A stretch of 64,000 nt of DNA from Callorhinchus milii (taxonomy: Eukaryota): the NCBI RefSeq assembly GCF_018977255.1, contig NW_024704743.1, positions 99,636,001-99,700,000 on the forward strand, given 5' to 3'. Positions within the stretch are counted from its first letter, which is position 1, and each line of letters opens with the position of its first letter. A program made the position numbers and the translations under genes. The notes beneath the pieces were generated by a model. That model worked only from the letters and a program-made list of their open reading frames with translations, did not search any database and had not been told where the DNA came from. This document shows, one piece after another, positions 36,546 through 48,944 of this stretch.

Positions 36546-37940
36546 TACAACAATAATAACAACAACAACAACAAGATTTCATTTATAGAGCACCTTTCAC
36601 GTCGGGAGGATGTCCCAAGGCGCTGGACAGTTGGGTCAGGACCCGAGCAGGGGGGAAATGGTCAGGGTGAGGGGAGGGAAGGGAGGGAGCGAGGAGGGGG
36701 TAGAGAGTCGAGAGGGGAGCTGAAGGCACGGTCAAAGAGAAAGGTCTTGAGACCGGCCTTGAAGGAGGAAATGGAGGAGACAAGGCGAAGGCACTGGGGG
36801 AAAGAGTTCCAGAGCCTAGGGGCTGAGAGGCCCGGCCACTGATGGTAGGGCGGTTGGGGCGGGGGATGTGGAGCAGACCGGAGCCAAAGGAACGGAGGGT
36901 ATGGGCAGGTAAGTAGGAGGATAGTAGGTCGGAGAAGTAGGAGGGAGCAAGGCCGCGAATGGCCTTGTAGGTGAGGATGAGGATCTTGAATTCAATCCTC
37001 TGGGGGATGGGGAGCCAGTGGAGGTGAGCGAGGGTGGGAGTGATGTGGTCGCGAAGCCTGGTGCGGGACAGTACACGAGCTGCAGAGTTCTGAATGACCT
37101 GCAGCTTGTGGAGGGAGGTGCCGGGAAGGCCGGCGAGGAGAGAGTTCCCATAGTCCAGCCTTGAGGTGATAAAGGCGTGGACCAAAGTTTCAGCAGCGTG
37201 AGGGGTGAGGTAGTGCCGTAGTCTGGCGATGTTTCGGAGGTGATGGAAGGCGGTGCCAGTTGTGGCACGGATATGAGGAAGGAAGGACAGCTCAGGGTCG
37301 AACAGAACGCCGAGGTTCCTGACTGGCTTTGAGAGGTGGAGAGTGCAGCCTTGGATGCTGATGCTGTCAGCGCCTGAGGTGCGGAGGCGCTGACGTGAGC
37401 CAATCAGGAGTGGCCTCAGTTTTGCGCATGTTGAGCTGAAAAAAGTTGTCTCTCGTCCAGGACTCAATGTCGGACAGGCAGGCTGTCAGGACATCGGTGG
37501 TTGTGGAGTTGAGGGTAGAGGAGGAAAGGTAGAATTGGGTGTCATCCGCATACATATGGAAGTTAACCCCATGTCTGCGGATGATGTCACCAAGAGGGAG
37601 CATATAGAGGGTGAAGAGGAGGGGACCGAGGACAGAGCCCTGAGGGACACCACACGAGACAGTGCGGGGGCTGGAGGAAAAAACATTTGTGGAGACAAAG
37701 TGAAGACGGTGGGAGAGGTACGACCTAAACCACTCAAGGACAGGGCCTTGAAGGTTGAGGTGGGAGGACAAGCGGTGGAGGAGGATAGCTTGGTCGACCG
37801 TATCGAATGCTGCCGATAGGTCGAGGAGGATGAGGAGGCAGAGGAAGCCCTGGTCGCAGATGGTCAAGATGTCATTAGTGACCTTGACCAGGGCGGTTTC
37901 TGTGCTGTGGGCAGCACCGAAACCCGACCGAAGGGGTTTG
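36546..37940 (-). mobile_element. Young L2 LINE, 5'-truncated (~1.4 kb), nearly intact ORF2 3' half
   Basis: Overlapping ORFs 37367-37867 and 36583-37467 with [36 protein letters not shown]. Confidence 0.97.
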
Positions 37941-38250
37941 AATAATGTTTTATCTTGTCCTGAACAGTAGATCTAGAGGACACGGCCTTGAAGGGAGGTA
38001 AATCCAGAACAACTCTGCAGAAACACTACTTCAATGAACGAGTAGTAAACATTTGGAACAGGCTCCCCAGGGAGACAGTGGAAGCAGAAAGTGTTGATTC
38101 TTTCAAGAACAAATTAGATAGATTTATGTTAGGAAATAATATCTCGGGATATAGTTTGGGACATGACATGTGCATGCAACCGCCAGGATGGTGGACGCCA
38201 AATTGAATGCACCTTGATCTTCTTTTGCCTATCAAATTCTTATGTTCTTT
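37941..38250 (+). mobile_element. CR1 LINE fragment, right part and 3' end
   Basis: SRSRGH, KHYFNERVVNIWNRLPRETVEAESVDSFKNKLDRFM, ttcttatgttct terminus. Confidence 0.9.
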
Positions 38251-39834
38251 TTAAACTTATTTGGGTGATTCCAGCAGTTCCTTCAGGTACTGTGGAAAAA
38301 CAGCTTCTAAAGACTGTTTTCCAATATTCCCCAAAATCCTAACTTGAAAGACAGTGGCCTTAAGACTAAAACCATGAGAAATTGCAAATCCCTGATAGTT
38401 TACCATAGTTTACCACAAACCATAGTTTACCACATGCAGATAGAAATGTCATCAGGACAGATATCTGCTTTCACTGCAACTCTAATTCAGAAATCAATTT
38501 GTATCACTGTGTTAGAGACACAATTTACTGAATAATTGTTTGTGTTGGAAATAGTGTCAGGATCTTTCAATACAAAGTGAAAGAATATTGCCACCAGCCT
38601 CCCTGCTTTGTGCAAAACGCATGCTGATCAATACAACAACTATGTTCTTGCCTTCCTAGTCTTTTTTCAAAGTTGGATGACAGAAGGAGGCAAACTGCTG
38701 CCATTTGTCACTTCTCTAATCTCCACTGTTGGATTCCAGCTCTTTACTATTTATTTTGGTCAGCCATGTGGATTATATGCGGGAACCCATCACCATGCTT
38801 AAGAGGGGTGAAATAAATAAAGGCTAAATGCAGAATTTCACTCAACATCATCTGTCCTGGTCAAACAGGGTCTGATGACAGCAAAGACATCACTATCATA
38901 CTGATATGGATATTACTTATCAGTGTAACCAAAAGCGCTCTGAGAAGCTGCCCTGCATGAAAGTCACTATATAAATGCATGTTATTGTTGTTGCTTGGGG
39001 CACAACAGACGTCCTGGCTCTGTCACTCATGCTGGAAGCAGAAAAGGTATTTGCAATTTCATATTTTGAAGAGGAAGAACAAAAAAAAGGTAATGGAAAG
39101 AGCCGGATATTAGGATTAGTATAATTGTCACCAATGGATGAGCTAGCAATAGTTTAAACTCGATGAGGTGAGGTTGAAAAGATCTGCTAAGATCTAATAA
39201 ATTGGTAGAACAGGCTTGATGTGTTCCTAATGAGCTGAATGGCCTCACACATGCTGCAATTTATATGATTCCTGTAGGAACATATAACACTAACATGATT
39301 TCTAATGGGTGTATGATATGATAGAGTGATCCCTTGGTCTATCCAGGTTTTGCACCAGTTAACCCTTTCTCCGTTGCCTCCACATACAGGAAATGGGAAT
39401 CGAAAGTAAAAAGCTGACAAGTTGGAAAAAGCAGGCTCAGTGACATTCCATGTAAATATAGACATCAATATATGGACGGAAAGTCATCTTCATGACTGTT
39501 GACTTCATGACGACATCTCTGTTGTTGAACAAAGGTAGCAAACTCGCAAATACAACAAAGTGACTTGAATTTCTTTCAGTCTCCACTACGATTCCTTCAG
39601 CAGCGGAGATACCTAAGCAAAATTCTGATGGTAGTTGAGAAATGGGGGAATGCCTTGATGTGGTCACAAAAATTACAAAACTGAGTCAAGTGCCCCGCCA
39701 AAATGGTAGGAGGTAATTTACTGGCCCCGGTCTCTGGAAATCCAGAGGCCATGTAAAAATGCTGGCTCCATTTTTCCATCACACTTAGGGACGCTTGAAT
39801 TGCAGCTTAAAAGCAATATAAATGGTACTGATCT

Positions 39835-40012
39835 CACTTAGTCTAGGTTGACATTCCAGTGCAGTGCTGAGGGGATGTTGCATTGTTGGAGCTGACATCC
39901 TTTGGATAAGATATTATACCAAGATCTTGTCTGTCTGTTCAGATCGACATTAAAGATCCCAAGATCCCATGTCATTATTGGCATTATTCGAAAAGAGAAG
40001 GGAGTTCCTCTA
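39835..40012 (+). mobile_element. Old SacSINE1/DeuSINE-like fragment
   Basis: gacattccagtgcagtgctgagggg...taaagatccc...ggcattattcgaaaagagaagggagttc. Confidence 0.75.
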
Positions 40013-40096
40013 ATCATTTGTTTCATGGCTGTTTGGGGGTGGGGGGAGGTGGGGGGAGTGAAGCTTGAGGACAAGGGATACCAAAATTCGCTGAAA

Positions 40097-40286
40097 CCTT
40101 ATTTCAACGACTCCCAATGCCATACGATCAAAGACAAGCGAGTGATCGCTGGGCTCAATATCCTCCGCATCATCGACGAGTCACTTTCATCAACGGCCTG
40201 GACAAGGGCAGGGGGAGATGAACGTCCTCATCTTCAACCTGGTCAGCGACACCTTTGATGAGTCCATTCTCACCATCGATGATGGT
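40097..40286 (+). pseudogene. hsp70: HSP70-family pseudogene fragment (nucleotide-binding domain)
   Basis: PYFNDSQ...KD..VIAGLNILRIIDE, then after frameshifts GLDKGRG and EMNVLIFNLVSDTFDESILTIDDG; matches the HSP70 signature region. Confidence 0.9.
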
Positions 40287-41944
40287 TGCAGAGGCTTTTT
40301 ACATTGGGAGAGGGCGTAAACATACTTCCGCCCTCAACAGTTTCATTGGGGGGGGGGGCGCACTAGGCACCATTGTTTCATGCTACTGCATTCGCTAACA
40401 TACATACAGAGTAATGACACTTTAATAAATCCAGCACAGTAATAACACTTGAAATACATTGCCTTGAGACGTCCTCCCGATGTGAAATGCACTATATTAA
40501 ATGCAAGGATTATTATTTTTATTATTTTATTATAATTTATCTCCCAGCCACTTTCTGACAGCACTCCATAGAACACTAGGGAGCCAAGTAAGCACTGATA
40601 TTTTACTTTAAGCCATTAAGATTATGTTTTATTGTTACCAATTCTCGCTACTTTCCTAAACTGTTTGGAAACATAATTGTTAAAATTAATATTTTAAACA
40701 GCCAATACTTAATTTACTGACACAGTACAAATAGCTGTTAAATGTTTAACATCTTGGGGGAACCATTTTGGATTATTAATTGACCTTACAGTTTGTTTCA
40801 AATACCTGTTTCTAGGGCTTTCTGATATATGGTGAAGCAATTGAAAAACTTTTATTAAGTCGTTATATAAGTGCGTGTTTCATTATTGTAATGAGAGGAA
40901 CAATAATAATTATTCATGGTTTTATTACCAGTTAGGAAGAGAAGATAATGGAAGTTGAATAATCAACTTATTAGGAGGGTTGTTGGCCAAGACATTTTAA
41001 TTAGACTGAAACACTTTTTCAAATGACTCCCATAATCTGTGATTTTCTTTTTCTTTCATTCTACAGACTTCCTTTTCTCCCTTTGCTGGCTTGTTTTGCT
41101 CAAATTGCTATTGAACAACAGAAATAATACAAGACATATGATAAAGTCTTAACCCAAATCCAAAAAGTATAAGCTTGGTTCAATTGGTAGCGCTATCACT
41201 TCCAGTAACTTGTGGGTTCAAACCTCAGCTCAGGACTACTAGGTATCAGCCTGGCTCAGTTGGTAGCACTCACTTCTGGGTTTCGCTCACAAAATACACA
41301 GTCAATTCATTATACAGTATTTGAGTTGTCTTGAAGATGTGATAAGGTCCTAAGTCAAATGCAAGGATTATTATTATTATTGTTATGAATCAAAGATTGT
41401 GGGTTGGAGACCACATCGGGACATTGAGCTCAGAGGCTCAGTGAGGGGAATAGGAGAGGTCCACAGACATGGACTACTTAGGCCAAATGGTCTGTTTGCG
41501 TGCTGTGATACTTAACGTTATTCTATAAAACTATGATTTATCTGGCTGTTGACAATCTAACAAAAGTTAGGCATGAATTTCCCCCAAATTTAACAAGACA
41601 TATTTACGGCTGTGCTCATCCCTATAGTTCACTTTCAGAAGTGAATCCATTATTTCTGAGGCTATTCAGTCCATGAATGAGTTAGAGAATCATACTTATG
41701 AGGGGTGTAAAACAGGCAGGTTCTTAACTAGCACTCCTGCTCTTTAGTCTCTTTGTTGCATGAAGCTTTCAAAAGAGGCTGATAACAGTAGCATTCTTTG
41801 AAAATGCTCTCTTCAACACCCTCAAAATAACAGCCAAAATAATAGTCTTTTTTGTAGCTTTTTGTTCCTTTCACAGCATGTTCACTCAGAAGGTTAGAAA
41901 GTTAGATGAAATTTAATTACATTTTTGTTTTCCTTAATACTCAC

Positions 41945-41981
41945 GTAGGACACATTGGAAAGAACAGGAGTTAAAGAAACT
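41945..41981 (-). other. Candidate 37-nt internal exon
   Basis: Very strong acceptor tttttttgttcttttcAG and donor GTGAGT. Confidence 0.5.
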
Positions 41982-42744
41982 CTGAAAAGAACAAAAAAAT
42001 GGTGAAATGGATAACAAGGTAACAGAGACTCAGCCGGCTTTTCGACTGATTCAGGACTTTCTTTAGAAATTTCAGGTGATTCTTTTCATCTCGTTCCGTA
42101 TTCTCCCTCCAAAACCTTTTGGATTATTCATTTAAAGGGAAAAATAGCTTTCAGTTCTTTCAGTTCTTCCAAACTCAATCTGTGATTGAAGCATTATTTC
42201 AGCCATGCCCTGGTTTGCCTTCAAATTGAACTGTTATGTAGAACTCAAAGGAGCAATAACATAAAATTTGTGTACCGTTGGATCTTGTGACTATTTCCCT
42301 TCTCTATTACTTCTATTCATTAAATCTGAGCATTTAATTCTGCTGTCTATTGCTAATGGCCACAGGAAAGTAGGGAAGTAGCCAGGGAGATCCTAAACTG
42401 AGGTTGTTTCGCCCACAAATATACAGTCAATTAATTTTACAGCATATTCTGTGAAGTGCTTTGAGACGTCTAGAAAACATGAAAAGCGCTATATCAAATG
42501 CAAGGATTATTATTACTATTATTATGGCAGGAAGTTCAATTACATTTGGATTGATCCAATTATTTGGTCTAAGTTGCCATTCATTCATCATAGCAAAATT
42601 TCATATACAAAATCACAATATAATTAGTTATTGCAAATTTATAGCAGCCCAATTCAATATTTTGTTGTGTATATCTTGGAATTATATGTCTACCTCCTCA
42701 AGCTCTTCCCAAAGCACACTTTAAGACCTTGTAAGCCTAGATAA

Positions 42745-43110
42745 GTTGATAGCGCTCTTGTCTCTGGTCAGAAGTCATGGATTCAAGCCCAAAGCAGGAC
42801 TGGAGTTCACAGTCAAAGGTGACATGCTAATGCAGTACTGGGAGAGTGCTGCATTCTTAGAAGTGATACGTTAAACTGAGGTTTCATCTGCCTATTCAGG
42901 GGATATTAAAAATCCCACAGCACAACTTAAAAAGACAAATTAGTTTGTCTCAGCTCTTAACTGAGAATCTTCTTAAGTAACTATATCATTCACTTGATGG
43001 CTGTTTGTAGCACTTGCCTACAATTACATTGTCACTTGACAACAATTTCCTGTGAAGCACTTTGAGATTTCAACATTCTCAGCAATATCAAATGCAAGCA
43101 TTATTATTAT
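42745..43110 (+). mobile_element. Old SacSINE1/DeuSINE-like SINE, nearly complete
   Basis: tRNA-like head, gcagtactgggagagtgctgca, gttaaactgagg, L2-like tail. Confidence 0.75.
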
Positions 43111-43412
43111 TGCTCCTAAAGTTTCTATTGGGCTTGGTTGAAAACCAATGACAGAGTCTAAGAGTTGGAAAGCTGGTGGAGGATTAGAATCATGTTTATG
43201 GACAGAATAGAGATACACAATACAAGTTTACATTTATATAGCACCTTTCACATGAGGAGGATGTGCTGGTCAGTCTAAAGTTTGCACCCGAGTTCGTGGT
43301 GGAGCTAAGGGATGGGAGGGTGAGCAAGGAGGGTGAGGGGAATGTGGTTAACAACCTACAGCCTGGGCAGCTTCAACACTTTCACAAAAGCAGAACTGTA
43401 CGCAATACTTCA

Positions 43413-43600
43413 AAGGACCAAAATTTCAAATAGTCACATCTATGTAAAATCTTTCTTGGCTTAAAATTTAAGCTTGTGCAGAATTGAATAAAATAGAGTA
43501 CTTAAATTCAAAATTTGGGGGACAATTTTCTGTCACTCTTTAAAAGACCAGCTTCCAAATGAAGATTGAATTTCAAAATGTTTTATAGTTAAAAATAGGT
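43413..43600. mobile_element. Palindromic MITE-like family copy
   Basis: cttaaaatttaagcttgtgcagaattg...ccagcttccaaatgaagattgaattt. Confidence 0.6.
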
Positions 43601-43842
43601 GTTATTTCCTTGAGTCAAAGCAATCTGACCAGAGCACTAATGTAGTTTAAACATTGAGATCTTGCGCACGTTTGGTCTATCAGCAACATAGACCAAATCT
43701 GAGATTTATTTACACTTTATTTTTAATGTTAAATAGCATTTGATCTTGTCAAATCCAATCTAAAATAGAATTAATTTACCTCCATGTTATCACTGCTGCC
43801 AATGAATTACACTTTTAGGTTGTATATTTGTATTATATCTTT

Positions 43843-44465
43843 ACAACAACAACTTGGATTTATATAGCCCCCTCCACGCCGGACGGCATCTCAGAGCGCT
43901 TCACAGTAACGGATCCCGGGGCCGAGCCAGGGGGAGGGGGAAGAAGGTGACCAAAGGCGCGGTTGAAAAGAAAGGTCTTTAGACGAGACCTGAAAATAGG
44001 AAGAGAGGGAGCGAGGCGAAGGGAGTGAGGAAGGGAGTTCCAGAGCCTCTGGACGTAGTGCCTGAAGGCACGGCCACCGAGGGTGGAGCGGAGGACTCGG
44101 GGGACAAGGAGGAGGCCAGACCCAATGGAGCAAAGGCAACGGGCACTGTTGTGAGGAGAGAGGAGATCAGAGAGGTAGGGGGGTGCAGAGGAGTGGAGGG
44201 ATTTGAAGACAAGAGTGAGGATCTTGAAGTCGATCCTCTCTGGGACAGGCAGCCAGTGCAGTCTGGCAAGGACTGGGGTAATCGGGGAGCAGAGTTTGGT
44301 GTGGGTAAGAATGCGAGCAGCAGAGTTCTGGATGACCTGGATTTTATGACTGGTAGTGGAGGGGAGACCGGCGAGGACGGCATTTGAATAGTCCAGCCGA
44401 GAGGTGACAAAGGCATGGACCAGGGTTTTGGCGGCTTTTGGGGTGAGATATTGGCGGACACTTTG
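43843..44465 (-). mobile_element. L2 LINE 3' fragment with an uninterrupted ~200-codon ORF2 C-terminus
   Basis: AAKTLVHAFVTSRLDYSNAVL...LARLHWLPVPERIDFKIL...FRSRLKTFLF. Confidence 0.95.
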
Positions 44466-44978
44466 CACTAGCTATTTGCATATTTTGTAAAACAGAAGGA
44501 TGTTTCTCCTGGCGTTCTGGCCAACAATACTTTGGGATGTCCTCCTAACCTGAAATGCGCTATTGTATCTGAAATACAAGAATTTTTATTACTATTATGT
44601 ATAGTGTCAACATCCATATAGGAATTAATGTCCACTAAACACCAGCTATATAAATTATGCACACTAGAACCTCTCTACAAGGCTTTAGTGGAAAATGTTG
44701 TAAAGCTTTGTACCACTTTAATGCCCATATCCACTTAGTGTTAATATACAACCAAGCTGTTACCATGGTAGCAGAGAAGCTAGCCATACCAAAGTATCTT
44801 CATTCTGTCTCCCTTTTTAATCATTGATATTAATCTTATCAACACTCAGGAAAAGCCCACTGTTCCCATAAAGCAGTGGCGGCCATATATCAAGAAATAT
44901 TCAATCAAGAAAAAAACTGAAAACGCACTACGGATTGAACACGGACTTATCTAGACTTGTGTAAATGTTTGGGAGGAT

Positions 44979-45040
44979 CGCTTCTTAACCTACCCGTAGG
45001 CCACTTCTGACCCATGGGCCACAGGTTAACTAACCACTAC
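44979..45040. mobile_element. Small degenerate hAT MITE
   Basis: gcttcttaacct...gggccacaggttaactaaccacta imperfect inverted termini. Confidence 0.4.
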
Positions 45041-45877
45041 TGTCATGGAGTGACCAGTACTCACACTGCACAAGATGCAAGTGAGGGAGTGGGGGAAGGT
45101 AGGATTTTGGTAGGAAAGAAAAATCAATATTGTATATTTTGGATCTCTGTCTGTACTGATAGATGCTTCTGGGGCAGTAATTGGGGGAAAAAAGAATAAA
45201 AACAGAACAAGGATTTAAATAGTAATTCCTCTTCCCCAACTCAACACTCGATCAAGTCCCATTCATCAGTGATAGCAGCAGGGATCAGCTCTTGCATCAA
45301 GCCTCCGTGAATGAGTTAATCCCATTGGGCCAATTATATCGCAACATGTTCTTGGTATGCTTTGAAGCATCAGAAGAATTATTATTTATTCCATTATTAT
45401 TATAATAATACATTCCAGTCATTGTATTATTAATCGAGTGAATCCTACTCGCCCGTGCCTTGGGACGTCTTCCGATGTGAAAGGCGCTATACAAATCTAA
45501 TTTTGTTGTTGTTGTACTCTGCTCCTGAATTTGTATGCAGTGAATGGGTTGTTGCTGCTTATTTGACATTACCACTATCGTAATTAATACACAGGGGTTC
45601 AATCTTTTCTGCACAAATGAAACAGAATTGCAACTGTAAGCTGGTAATGTGTTGCTGACATCAGTAAATTTCACAAGGTGATTTGGCTTTTAAATGAAAA
45701 CAAACGAGAATGGGGAAGAAGTGTTTAAATAATGATGTGTAAGAACATGACCAACATTTCCAAAACATCCCTGAAACAGAAGCTGAGTGTGTTACAGAAA
45801 GCAGTGTTGTTCTGTTGCATCTTAATAGCCATCATGAGAAAGCTCGTCAGAGACAATACTTTCAAACTGCGTCAGCA

Positions 45878-46085
45878 GAGGCCTGAAATTCCACCCAGTC
45901 TTTGCCTGTAAAACCATATTGTCTTAAAATTTAAGATTGAGTAGATTTGTGGAAAAATCTTATGTGCGGTCTTGAATTTGAGGAGGGTTTTTTTTTAAGC
46001 AAAAAAATGCTTCCAAATTAGAAATGAAGTGAAGAATTTTCCGTGCAAAATTATGCACATGTAGAATACGAATCTAGGTTTTTGT
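45878..46085. mobile_element. Palindromic MITE-like family copy
   Basis: gaggcctgaaattccacccagtc terminus; tcttaaaatttaag; gcttccaaattag. Confidence 0.65.
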
Positions 46086-46143
46086 ATTTTAATGTTATTA
46101 AAGAAACCGCTGTGAGCTCAGCTCTTCAGTGTCATAAATAATG

Positions 46144-46175
46144 CGGCCTTTTAGCTAAGATCAAGTATACTTTCT
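46144..46175 (+). ncRNA. U2: U2 snRNA 5' fragment (U2 nt ~10-41), pseudogene or head of a chimeric element
   Basis: cggccttttagctaagatcaagt matches vertebrate U2 CGGCCTTTTGGCTAAGATCAAGT at 22 of 23 positions. Confidence 0.75.
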
Positions 46176-46669
46176 ACATTGCTTGGTTACAGAAGTCAAT
46201 CAGGCGCATATTGAGATGGTCGCGCTGTTGTTATTGATTTTGGACCAGTGGCTTCTCTGCCTTTGGAGTTTGAGGAGCCTGATTATAATTTTGTCCATGC
46301 TCTCGATGCAACCTCACTGTGTTGTATTTGGGGGTACTTACTACAAATAAATAAATTCAGAATGGGACAGCAACATTTTTTTTTGGGTGAGTGAGGTTAG
46401 GTCTGCTCACCCACATTAACCGAATTAGACGGAAACGTTCCACTTTAGGAACAAGGATTTTTCCAGCAGACAAGCCCCAATACTCCCAAACTCTTCTAGG
46501 CCCCAAATTGTCAAAGGACAATGTGGACCTGAACCATGTCTTCACGACCACCTGAGCAAGTCAGGTGAAGGGATGGCCTATCTGGTAGGGCAAACCTGGC
46601 CTGAGCCTAGTGACCAAGTGCTCAAATGATCTCCGAGTTCCAGTATCCAGAGTTCCAGTTTCAGATCAT

Positions 46670-46812
46670 TATTTGGGGAGGATAAGTTTGCAGGGCTATG
46701 GGGAGAGGGCGGAGGAGTGGGATTTAATTGGATAGCTCTTTTCAAAGAGCCAAACAGACATGATGGGCTGAATGGCCTCCTTTTGTGCTGTATAATTCTA
46801 TGATTCTATGAT
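46670..46812 (+). mobile_element. CR1 LINE 3' end
   Basis: gcagggctatggggagagggc...gatgggctgaatggcctcc...attctatgattctatga. Confidence 0.9.
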
Positions 46813-46928
46813 CTCCGCTTTCTCTTTGTGAGGGCAGATCAAACTCCTTAGATCGGAAGTACTGCAATACCGATCCCAACCAACAGAGGGCTGAAAGCAT
46901 AACTGAAGCCAGGAGCTCAAATCTTCCC

Positions 46929-47258
46929 ATAATAATAATAATAATAATAATAATCCTTGCATTTGATATAGCGCTTTTCACGTCGGGAGGACGTCCCAAA
47001 GCGCTTCACAGAATATACTGTAAAGTGAGTTGACTGTATATTTGTGGGCGAACGCGGCAGCCAATTGCGCACAGCAATGTCCCACAAACAGTCATAGATT
47101 GAAAATGACCAATTTAATTATTGTTTTTGGTTTTGGAGGGATTATTATTAGGCGTGTGGAGTAAGGAAACTTGCCCAAGGTTTCGCCCTGCCTGGAATTG
47201 AACTCAGGTCTCTCGCTTGCAAAGCGAGTGCTCTAACCACTGAGCTACAGGACTCCAC
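46929..47258 (-). mobile_element. Full-length young tRNA-Ala-derived SINE
   Basis: Complete head, body and tail with CpGs intact; about 10 differences from the 54180-54502 copy. Confidence 0.97.
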
Positions 47259-47272
47259 GATAATATCCACAA

Positions 47273-47582
47273 GAATAATAATTCTTGCATTTGATATAGT
47301 GCTTTTCACGTCTTCTAGACGTCTCAAAGCGCTTCACAGAATATACTGTAAAGTGAATTGATTGTATATTTGCGGCGAAACGTGGCAGCCAATTGCACAC
47401 AACAGCGTCCCACAAACAGTCGTGGATTGAAGTGACCAATTTTTTATTATTGTCGTTTTTCTTGAGGGATTATTATCAGGCATGTGGAGTAAGGTAACTT
47501 GCCCAAGGTTTCGCACTGCCGGCAATCGAACCCAGGTCTCTCGCTTGCAAAGCGAGTGCTCCAACCACTGAGCTACAGGACT
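47273..47582 (-). mobile_element. Full-length young tRNA-Ala-derived SINE, tandem with the previous copy
   Basis: Complete head with B-box gggttcgattgcc, body and tail. Confidence 0.97.
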
Positions 47583-47930
47583 GAGTTATAATGATCCAGT
47601 TATGGGTGAGATTCGGTCCACAAAATTAATAATTTAAGAAATGCTCAGTTGTAAGTGCCCACACCATCTGCTTCAAGGCCATGAGCTTTCAGTGAGCCAA
47701 GGGTGAGTGAGCTTGGTTTGATTCCCACAGGCTGCATTCATACTGCATTGGGGCAAATGGGCTCAAGGGAACAACAAAATTACATTTATAGAGCACCTTT
47801 CACGTCGGGAGGATGTCCCAAAGCGCTGGCCTCAAATGGCCTCAAGATTCACTAAAACATGCTGAACAAATGCAACAATTTTTTTTTGTTTTTAAATGCC
47901 CTCGACTGGATGAGACAAGCTTAAGCATCA

Positions 47931-48053
47931 TTGGCTGCTGCATTTTGGCTGCTGCATTTTGCCCATAAAATATAGTCAATTCACTTTCCAGTATATTCTG
48001 TGAAGCACTTTGAGTCGTCTCGAAGATGTGATAAGGCGCTATGTCAAATGCTA

Positions 48054-48098
<45 letters not shown>
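47931..48098 (+). mobile_element. 5'-truncated SINE with an expanded (ATT)n tail
   Basis: SINE 3' half followed by about 14 ATT units. Confidence 0.9.
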
Positions 48099-48508
48099 CT
48101 GAACACCCAGTTTGAGTCTGAGCCTACAGCAGAAAACTGTTAAAATGTGCCACTCACTCTTACAAATTGCTAGGTTCACTTAAAGAGGTCATGCTGCTAT
48201 ATAATTTCCCACTGTTTGCCAGTAAAGAGAGCTCTTTTCAGGTGTGTGTTAAGAAAGTCATTGTGATAGGCTAAAAGTGAACATATGTGATACTTAGCTA
48301 GTGCTGGACCTCACCCAAGAGTATTGACACTACAGGAGGATGAAATTCTGCTGCTCTGTAAAGCCGCATTTTACAAAGTTATGCAGACTGAATTATGTAG
48401 GCATCAACAGCAGCATGACTGAGCTGGACTGAAAGATATTTTGATAGATGTAGTCCACTATTGTATTTTAATATCTTCTGAATGAAATCGATATCAAAGA
48501 GTACTCAC

Positions 48509-48631
48509 CACAAATCAAAAAAGCATTTCAATTCATAATCTCCAGTTGGTAGGGAGCTTCTCATATCGACTTTGGGTCAAATTAATTTGGGGAGTTTCTT
48601 CACCTAGCGTGCAGTTCGGAGGAATCCTCGT
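48509..48631 (-). other. Candidate non-coding exon (123 nt)
   Basis: Acceptor ttaatttcttccaaAG, strong donor gtg|GTGAGT; stops in all frames; CpGs retained. Confidence 0.4.
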
Positions 48632-48944
48632 CTTTGGAAGAAATTAATCAAAAGTAAGAGTTATCAAGTGTAACAACTGTTACACATTACCTATAAAAAC
48701 AGAATGGTAGAGTATGAAGGATTCTATGCTCTGCTGTTTTACAATACATTATAATTTACATTTATGTAGCGCCTTTCACTTTGGGAGCATGTCTCAAAAC
48801 ACTTCACAGTGCTGGATAGGCGCCCAAGTTAGAGGTTTGTGCCTAATTAGAAGCATGAAGTGAATAAATAAAGTTGGTTTCCTTTACCCTTTCGTTTAAA
48901 ATCTGTCTCAGTGATAGCAGCTTTGCAAAGGAACATTCAATACA

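Noticed and set aside
36583..37867. Longest ORFs (294 and 166 aa) as a host gene or novel reverse transcriptase system
   Set aside because: Ordinary L2 ORF2, 5'-truncated and frameshifted, with many paralogous fragments in the window
38394..38433. Short direct repeats (atagtttacc x3) as a CRISPR-like array
   Set aside because: 10-bp units without unique spacers in a vertebrate context; local slippage
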